Of a stretch of DNA of 64,000 nt, positions 14,942 through 30,167 are shown piece by piece. The notes beneath the pieces were generated by a model, which made no database searches, was not told the DNA's origin, and saw only the letters and a program-made list of their open reading frames with translations. The translations under genes were made by a program, and so were the position numbers. Each line of letters opens with the position of its first letter. Position 1 is the stretch's first letter. This DNA is from the human T2T-CHM13v2.0 reference genome, Homo sapiens. The stretch is from the NCBI RefSeq assembly GCF_009914755.1, contig NC_060947.1, one strand, 5' to 3'.

Positions 14942-17900
14942 CTATCTAGAAAATTCTGTAAATAAGTAAATATTTTTCTCCCTAAAATCAAACATTGATC
15001 AATTTGCTTTCAATCTGTGATACTATTTTAGATTTTTGAACTATAGAATTTTTCTTTTTACTAAATGGCTAGTTTTAATAATGGGAGAAAATTTGGATAG
15101 AAACAGAACCATCTCTCCTTCTTATTACATGAAATAAAACTGCAAAATAATGATACTCAAAATAATTTTTTCCAGGCTATTATAAAAGGATTACAGTATT
15201 GTTAAAAAGGGATTAAAATAAACATCTCTCTTTAAGTAAAACCACTAAGAGTGAGCTTGTATGAAGAATAATGGATACTGCACTTCTGTGAATAAACAAA
15301 TACCAGAATAGTTAGCTTTAAAACTGAACCAAAATTGACTACGTACAGAAAAATTAAGACGGTTTGTGGGCCTCTGGAATTGAAATCTTTAGAACTCTCT
15401 CAAATGAAGCTTTCATTGCTAGTTGTTAAGTAGATGAATCAAACAAATCTACCAGCAAGCATATAGGTTGCAGCTTATCACAATGATAGAAAAATCTATC
15501 ATCCTCTACCTAAAGCTATAAGTGCATGATCAAATCAACAAGTCTTTCCTTCAGAGTAAGTCAACTGCAAATTATCTTTCACCAGTCAGTCAAACACAAA
15601 ACAACCTCCCTGTTAATGGCAACACAGTTTACTGTCTTTCATATTCAGAGGGAGCATGGCAGTGGCAGTGATGCTTTACATGCCACATTCTTCAAGCAAT
15701 GCTATTCCACTATTGCTAAAAAGCTTAGTCAGATGTTAAAAATTAGCATACAATATATTTATCTGATATGATGTTTAACATTAAGAGCATTCAATGATTG
15801 AATTAGGAAATACACAGAAAGCAAGACCATGTCAGCAAAGAAAGTAAGAACAACAGCAAATTAATGGGAAGACATTTTATGTGATGAAGAAATCTCAATA
15901 ATTTCAATTCTAATGTATTTCATATACCACACACACACGTGTGTACACACACACAAAGAGAGAGAATTTGCATAATTTCTGAATAATTTGAAATAATCCC
16001 ATCACCATTTTCTAGGAATTCTAATTTTGCAATGTTTTCAACACACATCAAAAATTCAGGTAGCATTGAGCAGCTAACAGAAAATAGGCCAGCCCTTTTT
16101 GTTTTATTTTAAATCCCAAACGGTAATTTTCTACAGTGGGAGGACTGAGATAAAACCAGTGTATTTTTTTCTGTCACTAAGTGCAAATACTTATGGAAGC
16201 CAAAGGACTACATTCTTTCCATAAGACTCTGAATGTTGATACAGAGGTTGACTCAGGAAGTATAGCGTTTAGGAAAGACAGTTCCAAGAACTAACGTTAG
16301 CTAATTAGAAGGCCCTTGATATAAGAGTTGGTTTACATAAGAAACTGAAATATTTGTCCAAGCCGTATCTTCAATAGATGACTGTTCATTATGGTATGGT
16401 CTTTAGGATGCACATGCAGTTATGGGACCTGATGGTACACGTAAATAGCAGCTGAATATGGAAGAAAATACCTTCAGTACTTGTTTCAGACGTGAATTAT
16501 TTTCTAAAACAATTGATGCCTATTTAGACATTTGTTGCCCAACTGGGATCTTTCAACACCACCTTACGTTTATTATTGAAAAAGGGATTCAACAAAATTG
16601 TCAGAAATATAACCTAGGCTATACAAACTATGCAAGTAGAATATGAGTTTTAACAGAAATAAATTAGGTTTTACATTCATGTGAACTTAACTTTTTCTGA
16701 AATATTTTTAGCAGCTATAATAGATAATAAAACATTTGGTAGCAACAAAAATGTAAAATATTTTTGTGAAAGTTAATAAGAAACAACAGTTTTTGGTTTG
16801 TTCCTCTAAGCCAAGGGTGTATTTGGTACAATAAAGATGCAAGCTTTTGGCAAGATAGTCAAGAGCCATAAAAGCCTGAAACCCTGAGGCTGTACATTAG
16901 CAAGCGTTCAGAAGATCAGTGAACAAATTCAATCAGCTGGATATACATTCAAACAGCTGGGATTTGGGAAACATTCATCAGATGGATTTTTATCTTATTT
17001 TTTTTATCAGGATGTTTGGACTCAGTCTTAATTTTCTTAATAACTTATACTTTTTGTTAGGTTATTTTTTCTTCCATAAAAAATTTCTCTTATTTTCATT
17101 ATAAAAGTCTCAAAACATAAGATGTTATGTTAAAAATAAATATCCAGCATCATCAAGGCACTGCACAATACACTAAAACCAGGACTGCAATTTCGTAGGC
17201 AAATTAATCAAATCCCAGTTCAATTGTTTACACTTAATGCTGGAGACTTTTCTCAGGATTTTAAAATACATTTGGGCCTATACTTGGGACAAATTCTTTC
17301 CTATCTGAGTAGAAAGCATAGTACTTTTAGGTCCTAATATGTGACCACTGCAGATGGTTGAGCTATGGTCATGAAAATTAAGCTGACTCTGGTTGGCTTA
17401 GTTTGGTTGTGGCCCTATAGAAAAAAAAAATTCTTCGTTTTTAATTCTGAGCACTAGAGTTCAATAGTTAATTCCCAAAATAGTCCCAATTTTTGTTCTC
17501 AAGGGACTTATTAGAATAAATATTACATTCTGAAATAAAATTCTCGCACCTGTAAATTGACTAATAATAAAGCATATTGGTTTTTGGCTGACAAACAGTG
17601 CAGTTGTTTTTCAGTCCTAGCTCTGAATGTGAACCATGACATATGGGCAAGGACAGCGCAGCAAGAAGAGAAACTCAAGACTGCAGAGCTTTGGTAAATA
17701 ATGCACATAAATGGAATGAGATAGCTAATTTAAAGCATAGTAATTCTTAAATAAAGCATGTGGTGGCTTTTCTTATGTAAATTATCTTTAAGCTACACAA
17801 ATCTTTTATTTTTCCCTGTAAGATTTTTTTTGCAACTGAGCACTCTTTAAAAGTGACCAATAAAAATGATGACTCATCTCACTATGAAGCATTACTTCCA

Positions 17901-18900
17901 TTTGAATACCATCTGTTACTTTGCATTTCTTTGATATAACTTGCATTTTGATATATTTTGATGTGACAATCAAAGAACAATATCATCTACAAAACTTATG
18001 AATAAAAACTGTTTATCTTAGAATTACTTTTGCTTAATATAACATTAAAACTTTAAAAATACTTTAAAAATTACCTAGTGTTCCCTTACTGGAATATTTA
18101 AAATGGCAGAGCATATGTTCCATGAATCAAGATGGGTGGCTGACAAGGGCATAAATGTGTTGCTATAAGGATATATTACAGGTATGATACTTTACAGCTG
18201 CCGCATCTCTATTCAGATTATTTAAAGGTTTCTGGGTCAGCCACTTCTTATTTATTCAAATTTATATTGAGTAGCTCCAGAAAGCAAAGCTGACAAAATG
18301 ATTAATTAGACTGTAGCTCATTGGCAGACTATAGTTTAATATAATTAATAGAGCTCGAGTTCATCGTTAAATATGATTATGGTCTTTGTTTAAAAATGTC
18401 AAATTATATTTTCCAGTTGTTACAAAATCCAAGATGACTTATTCCAAGCTTACAGCAATAACAATGAAAAACTCAGCAGGATACCTTATTTAATATACAA
18501 CATCCACAAAAATCAAAATATTTTTCAGAAAATTTATTCGGTGGATCAAGTTGTATACATTTGGATCTTAATTATAAAATATTTCTAAATATTTTATAGT
18601 AAAACCAAAAATTATCTGTACGTTACACTTATCTTTGCAAGATTGGAAAAAATGTAATGCAAAGTCCAACATTTAAAATTACATATATCTGACCTTGATT
18701 GCTGTCCTTGATTAGTCTTGAAAATAAGTTGTAAATAAAGCAATATTTTATATATCAAATTATATTCATATATAACTTCTGAATTAATTCCAGATGTGAA
18801 TTCCTCCAAACAAGTTGAATCAAACATATAATAAAATGATGCCTTATATCAGAATAAAAAGGACTGATTGTACATCTAATAGACATCTCAAATTGAACAC

Positions 18901-19051
18901 GGCACCATGCCCAGATAATTTTTATATTTTTTGTATAGATAGGGTTTTGCCATGTTGACCAGGCTGGTCTCAAATGCCTGGGCTCAAGTGATCCATCCAC
19001 CTCATCCTCCCAAATTGCTGGGATTACAGGTGTGAGCCACCATACCTGGCC
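18901..19051 (-). mobile_element. AluJ left arm and linker (right arm lost)
   Basis: ggctggtctcaaatgcctgggctcaagtgatcc...gtgagccaccatacctggcc. Confidence 0.9.
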
Positions 19052-19098
19052 AATCTCAAATATATTTCTTCATAGCAATGCAAGAATGGCCTAATACA
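19052..19098 (+). mobile_element. MST-type MaLR LTR 3' terminus
   Basis: tatttcttcatagcaatgcaagaatggcctaataca. Confidence 0.75.
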
Positions 19099-19129
19099 TG
19101 CATACACATTAAAAAATGCTTTGTTTTGT

Positions 19130-19828
19130 TGGAGAAATGACCCCTTTATTATTATTTAATGCCCCTTTTTATCCCTGATTATTTTCCACGTTCTCAAGTC
19201 TGCTCTAAGAATAATATAGGCTACTTCCACTTTTTAAAATTAGTGTAGAAATGGTATATTGTTCCCCATCCACTTACTTTTAATCTATATATGTCTCTAC
19301 ATTTTAAATGGATTTCTTATAGAAAACATAGAGTTGAGTCTTGTCTGTTGATTCACTCTGACAATATCTTTCTTTTAATTGGTGCATTTATATGTTGATG
19401 CTCAAAATGATTATAATAGAGTTGAGTTGATATTTATTATATTTACTGTTTCTATTTGTTGCTCCTTTTCGATTTAATATTTGTCTTACTTCTTTTCCAC
19501 CTTTCTTGGTATTAATTGAGAATTTTCTACTATTTCATTTTTTCTTATTTTTTAGTACATCAGTTATACTTCTTTTGTACTTTTCTTAGTGGTTTACCTA
19601 GAGTTTACAATATACATTTACAACTAATCCAAGGCTGCTTTCAAATAGCACTATACCACTTCCCAAGTAGTACAAGTGCCTAATAATAACAAAATAATTC
19701 TTATTTTTTCTCTCCCACCCCTTTCATTATTTGTCATTCATTTCACCTATACAGAAGTATATATAAACAAACAAGTGCAGAAGCATACATAATTAAACAC
19801 ATTTTTGCTGTTATTATTTTGAACAAAC
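19130..19828 (-). mobile_element. Old L1M fragment (ORF2 start and inter-ORF region)
   Basis: Degenerate match to the L1 endonuclease 5' region on the minus strand. Confidence 0.65.
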
Positions 19829-21896
<2,068 letters not shown>

Positions 21897-21899
<3 letters not shown>

Positions 21900-24496
21900 G
21901 GTCTTCACTCTTTATCTAAGTTGTCATTCTGTGTCCTTTAATTAGGGCATTTAGCCCATTTACATTTAAAGTTAATATTGTTCTGTGTGAATTTGATCCT
22001 ATCATCATGATAATGGCTGGTTAATTTTGCAGACCAGCAAAATTTTTTAATGTAGTTGTTTCATAGTGTTGGTCTGTGTACTTCAGTGTGTTTCTGTAGT
22101 GACGGGTAATGGTTTTTCCTTTCCATGTTTAGTTCTTCCTTCAGGAGCTCTTGCAAGGTAGGCCTGGTGGTCACAAAATCCCTCAGCATTTGCTTGTCTG
22201 AAAAGGATTTTATTTATTTTTTATTTATGAAGTTTAGTTTGACCACATATGAAATTCTGAGTTGGAAATTCTTTCCTTTAAGAAAGTTGAATATTGGTCC
22301 CCAATACCTTCTGGCTTGTAGGATTTCCACTCAGAGGTCTGGTGTTATTCTGATGAGCTTCGCTTTGTAGGTGACCTGGCCTTTCCCTCTGGCTGCCATC
22401 AACATTTTTTCCTTCATTTCAACCTTGGAGAATGTGATGATTATGTGACTTAGGGTTGAACTTCTCGTGGAGTATCTTAATGGGGTTCTCTGGATTTCCT
22501 GAATTTGAATGTTGACCTGTCTTGCTAGGTTGGGGAAATTCTCCTGGATGATATCCTGAAGTGTGTGTTTCCAACTTGGTTCCATTCTCCCCATCTCTTT
22601 CAGTACTCCAATCAGTCATAGGTTCAGTCTTTTTACATAGTCCCAAAGTTCTCAGAAGTTTAGTTCATTTCTTTTCATTTGTTTTTGTCTAATATTGTCT
22701 GCCTGCCTTATTTCAGCAAGATTCAAGATAGTCTTCAAGCTCGGATATTCCTTCTTCCACTTGGTTGATTCAACTATTGATACATGTGTTTGCATCATAA
22801 AGTTCTCCTGCTGTGTTTTTCAGCTCCATCAGATCATTTATGTTCTTCTCTAAACTGGCTATTCTGGTTAACAGCTTCTGTAATCTATTGTCGTGGTTCT
22901 TAGCTTCTTTGCATTGGGTTAGAACACAATCTTTTAGCTCAGCAAAATTCATTATTACCCATTTTTTGAAGCCCAATTCTGTCCATTCACCCATCTCAGC
23001 TTCAGCCCAGTTCTCTGCCCTTGCTGGAGAGGCGTTGTGATCACTTAGAGAAGAAGAGTCATTCTGGCTTTTTGATTTTTCAGCGTTTTTGCATTGGTTT
23101 TTCCTCATCTTTGTGAACTTATCTACCTTTTATCTTTGAGGCTGTTGGCCTTTGGATGGGGTTTCTGCAGGGTCTTTTTGTTGATGTTGTTATTGTTGTC
23201 ACTTTCTGTTAGTTTGTTTTGGTTTTAACAGGCCCTTCTTCTGGATATCTGCTGCAGTTTGCTGAGGATTCATTCCAGACCCTGTTCACTGGGTATCACC
23301 AATGGAGGTTGCAGAACAGCAAAGATTGCTTCCAGCTTTTTCCTCTGGAAGTTTTGTCCCAGAGGGGCACTGACCTGATGCCAGCCAAAACTCTCCTGTA
23401 TGAGGTGTCTGGTGACCCCTGTTGTGAGGTCTCACCCTGTCAGGAGGCACAGGATCAGGGACCTCCTTAAGGAAACAGTCTGGCTGCCCCTTGGTGGAGT
23501 GAGTTCACTGCACTGGGGGAAATCCCCCTTGTCCAGATTGCCTGGACTTTTCAGAGCCAGCAGGCAGGAAAGATTAAGTTCACCAAACCTGAGACTGTGG
23601 CTGCCCCTCCCCTCAGGTGCTCTGTTCCAGGGTGATGAGAGTACTCTCTCTAAACCCCTGGATGGATTTGTGGGAATTCTTTCAGGGACGTCTTGCCTGG
23701 TGAGGAGGGATGAACCCAGGTCCCACCTAAAGAAGCAGTCTGGCCAAGTTCTGCCACAGCTGTTGTGCTATGCTGTGGGAAATTCCACCCAGTCCAAACT
23801 GCTCAGTCTCCCTAGCACTGGCAGGGGAAAACTGCAGACTAGAGCTGCAGTAATGACAGTCACTCCTCTCCCCAGGAATCCAGTCTTCTTGGGCAGACTC
23901 GGGGCTTCTGTGCTGGCCAATGGGGATTCCAAGTCAGTGGGTCTTAGCTTTCCAGGTTCCATGGGAGTGGGACCCACTGAGTGAGGCCACTTGGCTCCCT
24001 GGTTTCAGCACCCTTCCCACAAGTGTGGATGGATCTCCTGCCTCACTGGAGTTCCAGGAGCCACTGGAGTATGCAAAAAATCCTGCAGTTCAGTGCTTGC
24101 CCTAGCAGCCACAGACCTGAGTGGCCACTGTTGGTCTGCAGAGCTTTGTGCCTGGGACCCAAGGCCCTGGTGGTGTGGGCTCACAAGGAAATCTCCTGAT
24201 CCACAGGTTGCAAAAATCCATGGGAAAAGTGTAGTTCCCTGAGCAGGTAGCACAATCCCTCACTGCCTCCCTTGGCTTGGGGCAGGAGGTCCCATTGCCC
24301 TATGCAGCTCCTGGGTGAACCATCCCCCTACCTGCCTTTTCTTGCTCTCTGTGAATTGCACCAACTGCCTAGTCAGTCCCATTGAAAGAATCTGGGTACC
24401 CCAATTGAAAATGCAGAATTCACTTGCCATTTATGTTTGTCTCAGTGGGAGCTGCAGACTGGAACTGTTTCTACTCACCCATCTTGGCCCCTCCCT
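21897..24496 (-). mobile_element. Older L1PA (PA8-13-type) 5'UTR, ORF1 and start of ORF2
   Basis: ORF1 peptides MRKNQCKNAEKSK and LQDIIQENFPNLARQVNIQIQEIQRTP. 5' end gggaggggccaagatgg. Confidence 0.92.
22030..23108 (-). pseudogene. Disrupted L1 ORF1
   Basis: Fragments 22770-23108 and 22331-22594 are separated by stops or frameshifts. Confidence 0.9.
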
Positions 24497-25870
24497 TCTT
24501 TTTATTTTCTTATAGTTTTTGTCTTGAAATATATTTAGTCTGATTTCAGTATAGTGACTCCTGCTTTTTCTTGGTTTCCACAGGTGTGAAATATCTTTTT
24601 CCATCCTTTTACTTACAGTCAATGTGTTTCTTTATAGGCAAAGTGTGTTTCTTGTAGGCAACAGATCGATGGGTCTTGTTTTCTCATCCATTCATCCAGT
24701 CTATGTGTTTTGATTGGAGAGTTTATTTTATTTACACTCAATATTATTATTTATAAGTGAGGACTTATTTCTACCATTTTGTTATTTGTTTTTTGGGTTT
24801 TTTTTTTGTCTTCTTTGGTTCTTTCTTTTCTTCCTGTCTTCCTTTAGTGAAGGTGATTTCCTCTGGTGATATAATTTTTTTTATTTTAACTTTTTTGTAT
24901 CTGTTGCATGTTTTTTGGTTTATGGTTGCCATGAGGCTTATAAATACCGTCTTTTAACAAATTATTTTAACCTGATAACAATTTACTACTGCATAAACAA
25001 GCAAAAAGAAAACTAATAAAAACTATATGCCTTAATTTTGTTTGCTGACTTTCTAAGTTTTATTTTTGTTTCTATTTATATCTTGTTTTACTGAGTATGT
25101 CTTGGAAAGTAGTTTGTATTTTTGATTCTTTCATAATTTAGTCTTTCTACTTAGGGTAAGAGCAGTTTACACACCACAATTTTGGTGTTATTCTGTGTTT
25201 TTCTGTGTCATTCTATGAGCAGTGAATTTTCTACCTTCAGGTGATTGTTTATTTCTCATTAATGTCCTTTTCTTTCTGGCTGAGTATTCCCTTTAGCATT
25301 TCTTATAGGAGAGATTTGAAGTTGATGAAATCCCTCAGCTTTTGTTTTTCTGGGAAAGTCTTTGTTTTTCTCGCAGGTATGAGGAACATTTTCTTAGGAT
25401 ATACTATTCTAGGGTAAATGTTTTTATCCTTCAGCACTTTAAATATGTCATGCCACTCTCTCAGCCCATAGTGCTTTCACCAAAAAGTCTGCCAGATGTA
25501 TTGCAGCTCCATTGTATGTTATTTGTTTCTTTTCTCTTGCTGCTTTTAGCAACTATTCTTTATCCCTGACCTTTGGAAGTTTCATTATTAAATGCCCTGA
25601 AGTAGTCTTCTTTGTGTTAAATCTGTGTGTTGCTCTGTAACCTTCTCTTACTTGGGAATTGATATCTTTCTCTAGATTTGGGAAGCTCTCTGTTATTCCC
25701 TTCAATAATCTTTCTACCCCTATCTCTTTCTCTACCTCTTCTTTAAGGCCAATAACTTAGATTTATACTTTTGATGCTGTTTTCTAGATTCTGTAGGTGT
25801 GCTTCATAGTTTTTTATTCTTTTTTACTTTATCTCCTCTTTGTATTTTAAAATAGTCTGTTTTCAAGTTC
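24497..25870 (-). mobile_element. L1M (L1MA-type) ORF1 3' half and ORF2 start
   Basis: 25380-25870 is visibly homologous to 58216-58720 (ccttcagcactttaaatatg...). Confidence 0.85.
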
Positions 25871-26426
25871 TTCTGTGGCAATGTAGAACCATTACAAGAT
25901 CGTGCAATGGGAGTTAACATAATACTCCATAAAGGTGGAGATTGTTACCTGTTGTGTTCCCTGTTGTGCCCCTAACATGTAAAAGGTAGAAAAGTACCAG
26001 GCACATAATAGATTCCCAAATGAGCATTTGTTATATAAATAATAGAAACAGTTGTCACAATGAGGGAACGAAATAAACTCAAGACCAGTTAGAAAGGTAT
26101 TTTAATCTTCCTTTTATCAGGCTGTAGCTTACCACTCCACTTTTACTTAAACTGTTGTGGTGTTGCTTTTAGGATGTTTTTGGAGGAAACTGTATATTCA
26201 CATGCTTCAACCAGTGAAACTGGCTAACAAAGATGTTTTCTTTTTATAAATGTTGGCAGTAGTTGTTCTTCATTTAAGTAATTATAGTAGGAGAAAGTAA
26301 TGTTGGCCACATTTCTTCACCAAGTAGAATTAATAAGAGACCTTAATGAAAAAAGTTAATATTATCCTGTAATTATCCCCTAACTATGCCTGAGATTGAA
26401 TGATTCATTATAACTCCACCCCGCCA

Positions 26427-26433
26427 TGCGTGT

Positions 26434-26479
<46 letters not shown>
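26427..26479. repeat. (TG)n microsatellite
   Basis: Direct reading: about 20 uninterrupted TG units after one TC interruption. Confidence 0.98.
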
Positions 26480-26481
<2 letters not shown>

Positions 26482-26589
26482 ACAAACCTATGAGGTTACT
26501 TGGGGATAAAGATATTCTATTTGATTGAATTTTCTGCATAGTTAATATTAAGTTGCACAACTTTGTTGCAACTGTTATTGATAATTACA

Positions 26590-26760
26590 GCAGCAGTTAC
26601 TGTTTACTTTCTATCAAATTATGTTCTAAGATACTTTCCTGATTTTTTTTTAATCTTATAGAAACATTACAAGGTAGATTATTTGTTTTATATATAAGGA
26701 AACAAAATAACCAACATGCTCTGATTCCAGAGCCCATGCTCATTTAACATTTAACTCATA
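26590..26760 (-). mobile_element. MIR fragment
   Basis: ctgattccagagcccatgctc and surrounding degenerate match. Confidence 0.55.
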
Positions 26761-27546
26761 CTAACACTTTCCTTCTTTGGTAAACATGGTATACTATAAT
26801 GGTAACTTTAAACTATGTCCTTCATGCTTTTTAGTGTTAAAATGTCCTTTCAGGAAATTATGAGAAGAAATTTTAGTCTTATTTAAAAAATATTATTATT
26901 TGCAAAAAAGGTAGCAGTTTTGTGTGTTCTGAAACTTTTTTGGAAATTTTCTTCTCTTTGAAACCTAAAAGTTTGAGAGTTGCCATAAAATGGCAAATCT
27001 CCCCTATTAATTAATAATCTTATGAAATGTAGAACCATTTCTTTGAATATAAATGAGCAGCATACAGATTTAGAGATATAATAAAAATCAAGTAAATTTA
27101 GAAAAGTTTTTTCTTAAAAAAAGAAAAATTCGTCTGTTTTAGAGGTTTCTTTATATATCTTTTAGAGCAGAGATCAGTTCTCTTTGAGAGAGACACACTT
27201 TGAACTATACTTACAGTTCTTGTTAAGACCATTGGTGATAGACAGGTTAGATAATTTTATTATTTTGCATAATTAAATGTTGATATTACTTTGATTAATA
27301 AAAGTGTATTAAGCAAAGTAATTTATGATTATCCCTTCCAACAAGTTCTCCTGTCTCAGATAATGTGATGATATTCCAGCAATTTCTAAGTATAAATTAC
27401 AACTTTTTGGTAGTCTTTACTGATGAAACATGGTGCTTTTAGAGGTTCAATCATAGGTACATTATTAGGTGCATATTGGGATTCTGAAAGTCTTAGGATG
27501 ACACATAGGTAAGTTAAAATAGAGCTTGTTGTAAATGTTCATTGTC

Positions 27547-27550
<4 letters not shown>

Positions 27551-27584
<34 letters not shown>
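27551..27584. repeat. Pure T34 tract
   Basis: Direct count. Confidence 0.98.
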
Positions 27585-27587
<3 letters not shown>

Positions 27588-29810
27588 TCAGTAATGGGTG
27601 AAAATACCGGTGGAAACATTTTGTGGTTTGAGAAATTTTTTTTTCCGTTTTCATAGGCCATGAAACCTTAGTTTTTCAATTAGATCATTTGTCTTAAGAC
27701 AGCACATTCCATCCTTCCACTCAACTCAATGAGACCAACATCTCATATTTCAAAGTTTTGTATTTCATCACACATCCTCTTTGTATAGGAAGCACTATTA
27801 CAGTGGAAGAAATATGTAAACACCCAGACTAATTACTGTAATTAATTTTTTGGCCTTAAGCCAACTAATCTAGAGCTCATACAAGCTATATGACTCTTTA
27901 TGATTTTAAGATTAAAATAAAAGCTTGATTCTTTATAGCCACCTGCTATTTCACGTGGATTTCTTTCATCTCATCTTTATCACATTTCTCTTTTCTAGGG
28001 CTTACTTCTGAGGTCCACCTTGGTTTGTTTTCCAGAGTTCAGTCCAAGTTCTATCTAGACTCTCTTAATCCCTGAAGTACCAAATACTTTCTTTGTGAGT
28101 CTCCTGTTTTTAATCTCTGTTAAAAACAAATAATATTCCCTAAAAGCTGAAGCAATAAATAAGTAAATCCAAGTCACTGGTATCTCTTAGAATTTCTCTC
28201 TCTCTTTTTTAAAATTCAAACCACGGGACTTTGGAAAGCATTCTTAAAATGCTTTTCCCCCTCACTCTGGAAACTCCAGGTTTTTATTATGTCTGCTCCC
28301 AGCAGCCTTTTCAACTTCAAGATCCAGGTAGTTATCAAGTAGTGTGTTATTGGTCTTAGCAACAGGGAAGCAAATAAAACTTTTTAACTCAAGCAAATTA
28401 AGATTTCTCTCCACTTTCTATAGATTAGCTCATGTTTTGTGCCTCCCTCTCTCAAAGAAAGGTCAGTCATATGTGTTGTATTTTTTAAGTCTATGGGAGA
28501 TCCATCTAAGTTTCCCAGAATTGTAATAATAACTAAGATATTAGAGCTATTATTTGAGTAAGTTAGGATGAATAGTTACATGAGCTGTTCCTATACAAGT
28601 GACTCTTATTCCAGGCAGAAGGGCGAAAGGATACTTATGACAAATATTGGAAGCTGTGCCAAAATTTCAAGGATCCCTAAATTCAGGCACTGCTGGTAGA
28701 AATTGAAGGGGCTGTACAATACAGAGCCCTGCTCATACTAGAAAGTCCCTATAAGATGTGAGGAATGTGAAAACGTATGTCACTGGAGAAGCAACTTCAG
28801 GGCTCTATATACTGTAAATCACAGCAAGAATTGAGACGAAGTGTAGTATGGAGTGGTGGGAAGTATCATACTGGTTTACTTTTTAAATACTCAGTGAAGT
28901 AGATCTTATTGAAAGTTTTACAAACCAAGCCGTGCAATCCCTGAAGGGTCTAGGAATGAGAGTTGAAGATTTTGACAGCAGCACAGGCTATTAATTGAAG
29001 TGAAAGAATTGTTGGAGGTAAACCATGACAGTTGCCATTGGTAGTCTTGAAATTATGGGCAATTTGTTATGCTTGTGATTCAGGGTGAAACTCCGTTAAT
29101 TTCAGTTTCAGGAACATAAATTGTTTAGGTCCACCAAATATCCAGTAGGAAGAATATGACAATAAGGATTATATTATACAAAATGATACACATTTTTTGA
29201 CAACGTTTTAACATGATCTTGGTGTGGAAAGGCAAACTTATTTTCCGTATCACCTAGTTTAGCTAGTTTGCCCACCAGTGTAAAATACCTGTCAGGATAC
29301 AGTACATTGTGAGTTATATTTGTTTCTGTTTTAAAGAGATAAACAGGTATTTGGACAAGGGATTTTACAAAATATAAGTTATTGTTTAATTTTAGAAAGG
29401 ATATTTTATTGAAAGCCAAAGGCCTTCTGAAAATTGAATGTGTTCTCCCTAGGCTTTGTTTATTTATTTTTAATCAAATGCTTATGCACCTGAATCTTTA
29501 AAATAATATGGGAAAAATGATTTTAAAAAGACGAATTGCTTTTTTATCAAAATGTAAAGGGATAATTTGATATATTAATTGGATTTGAAATACATAACTG
29601 GAACTTAAGAGGGAATTATTTAAGGTCAGTCACAAATTTGAAGATGTGCGGTATTCAATAGGTATAATAAATAAATTGATAATATCCAGTGAATATTTCA
29701 TTATACTGCCACTTATCAAATTGTAAAAAATATTGACACTGAATACATATTAATAAATCATTATATTTATGTAAGTATACTTTCAGATAGAAACCATTAT
29801 GAAACATTAT

Positions 29811-30167
29811 TGCTATGGTCTGAAAGTGTCCCTGCCTCCAAATTCGTATGTTGAAAACTAATCACTGGTATAATAGCAGTAAGAGGTAGAGACCTTTAAG
29901 ACATGACTAGGAAAAAGCCCTCATGAATGGGATTGGAACCCCTATAAAAGAAGCCAAAAGAAGCTTGTTTGGCCCTTATACTATGTAAGAAATCAGCAAG
30001 AAGGTGCTATCTTTGGAGAAGAGAGCAAGCCCCCACCAGACACAGAATCAGCTGATACCCTGACCTTGGACATCCCAGCCTCTAGAACTGTAAGCAATAC
30101 ATTTCTGTTGTTTGTAAATTACCCAGTCTAAGATACTTTGTTTTAGGAGCCCTAATGAATTAAGACA
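29811..30167 (+). mobile_element. MLT1A-type solo LTR
   Basis: tgctatggtctgaa...ccagcctctagaactgtaag...taagaca. TSD attat/gttat. Confidence 0.9.
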
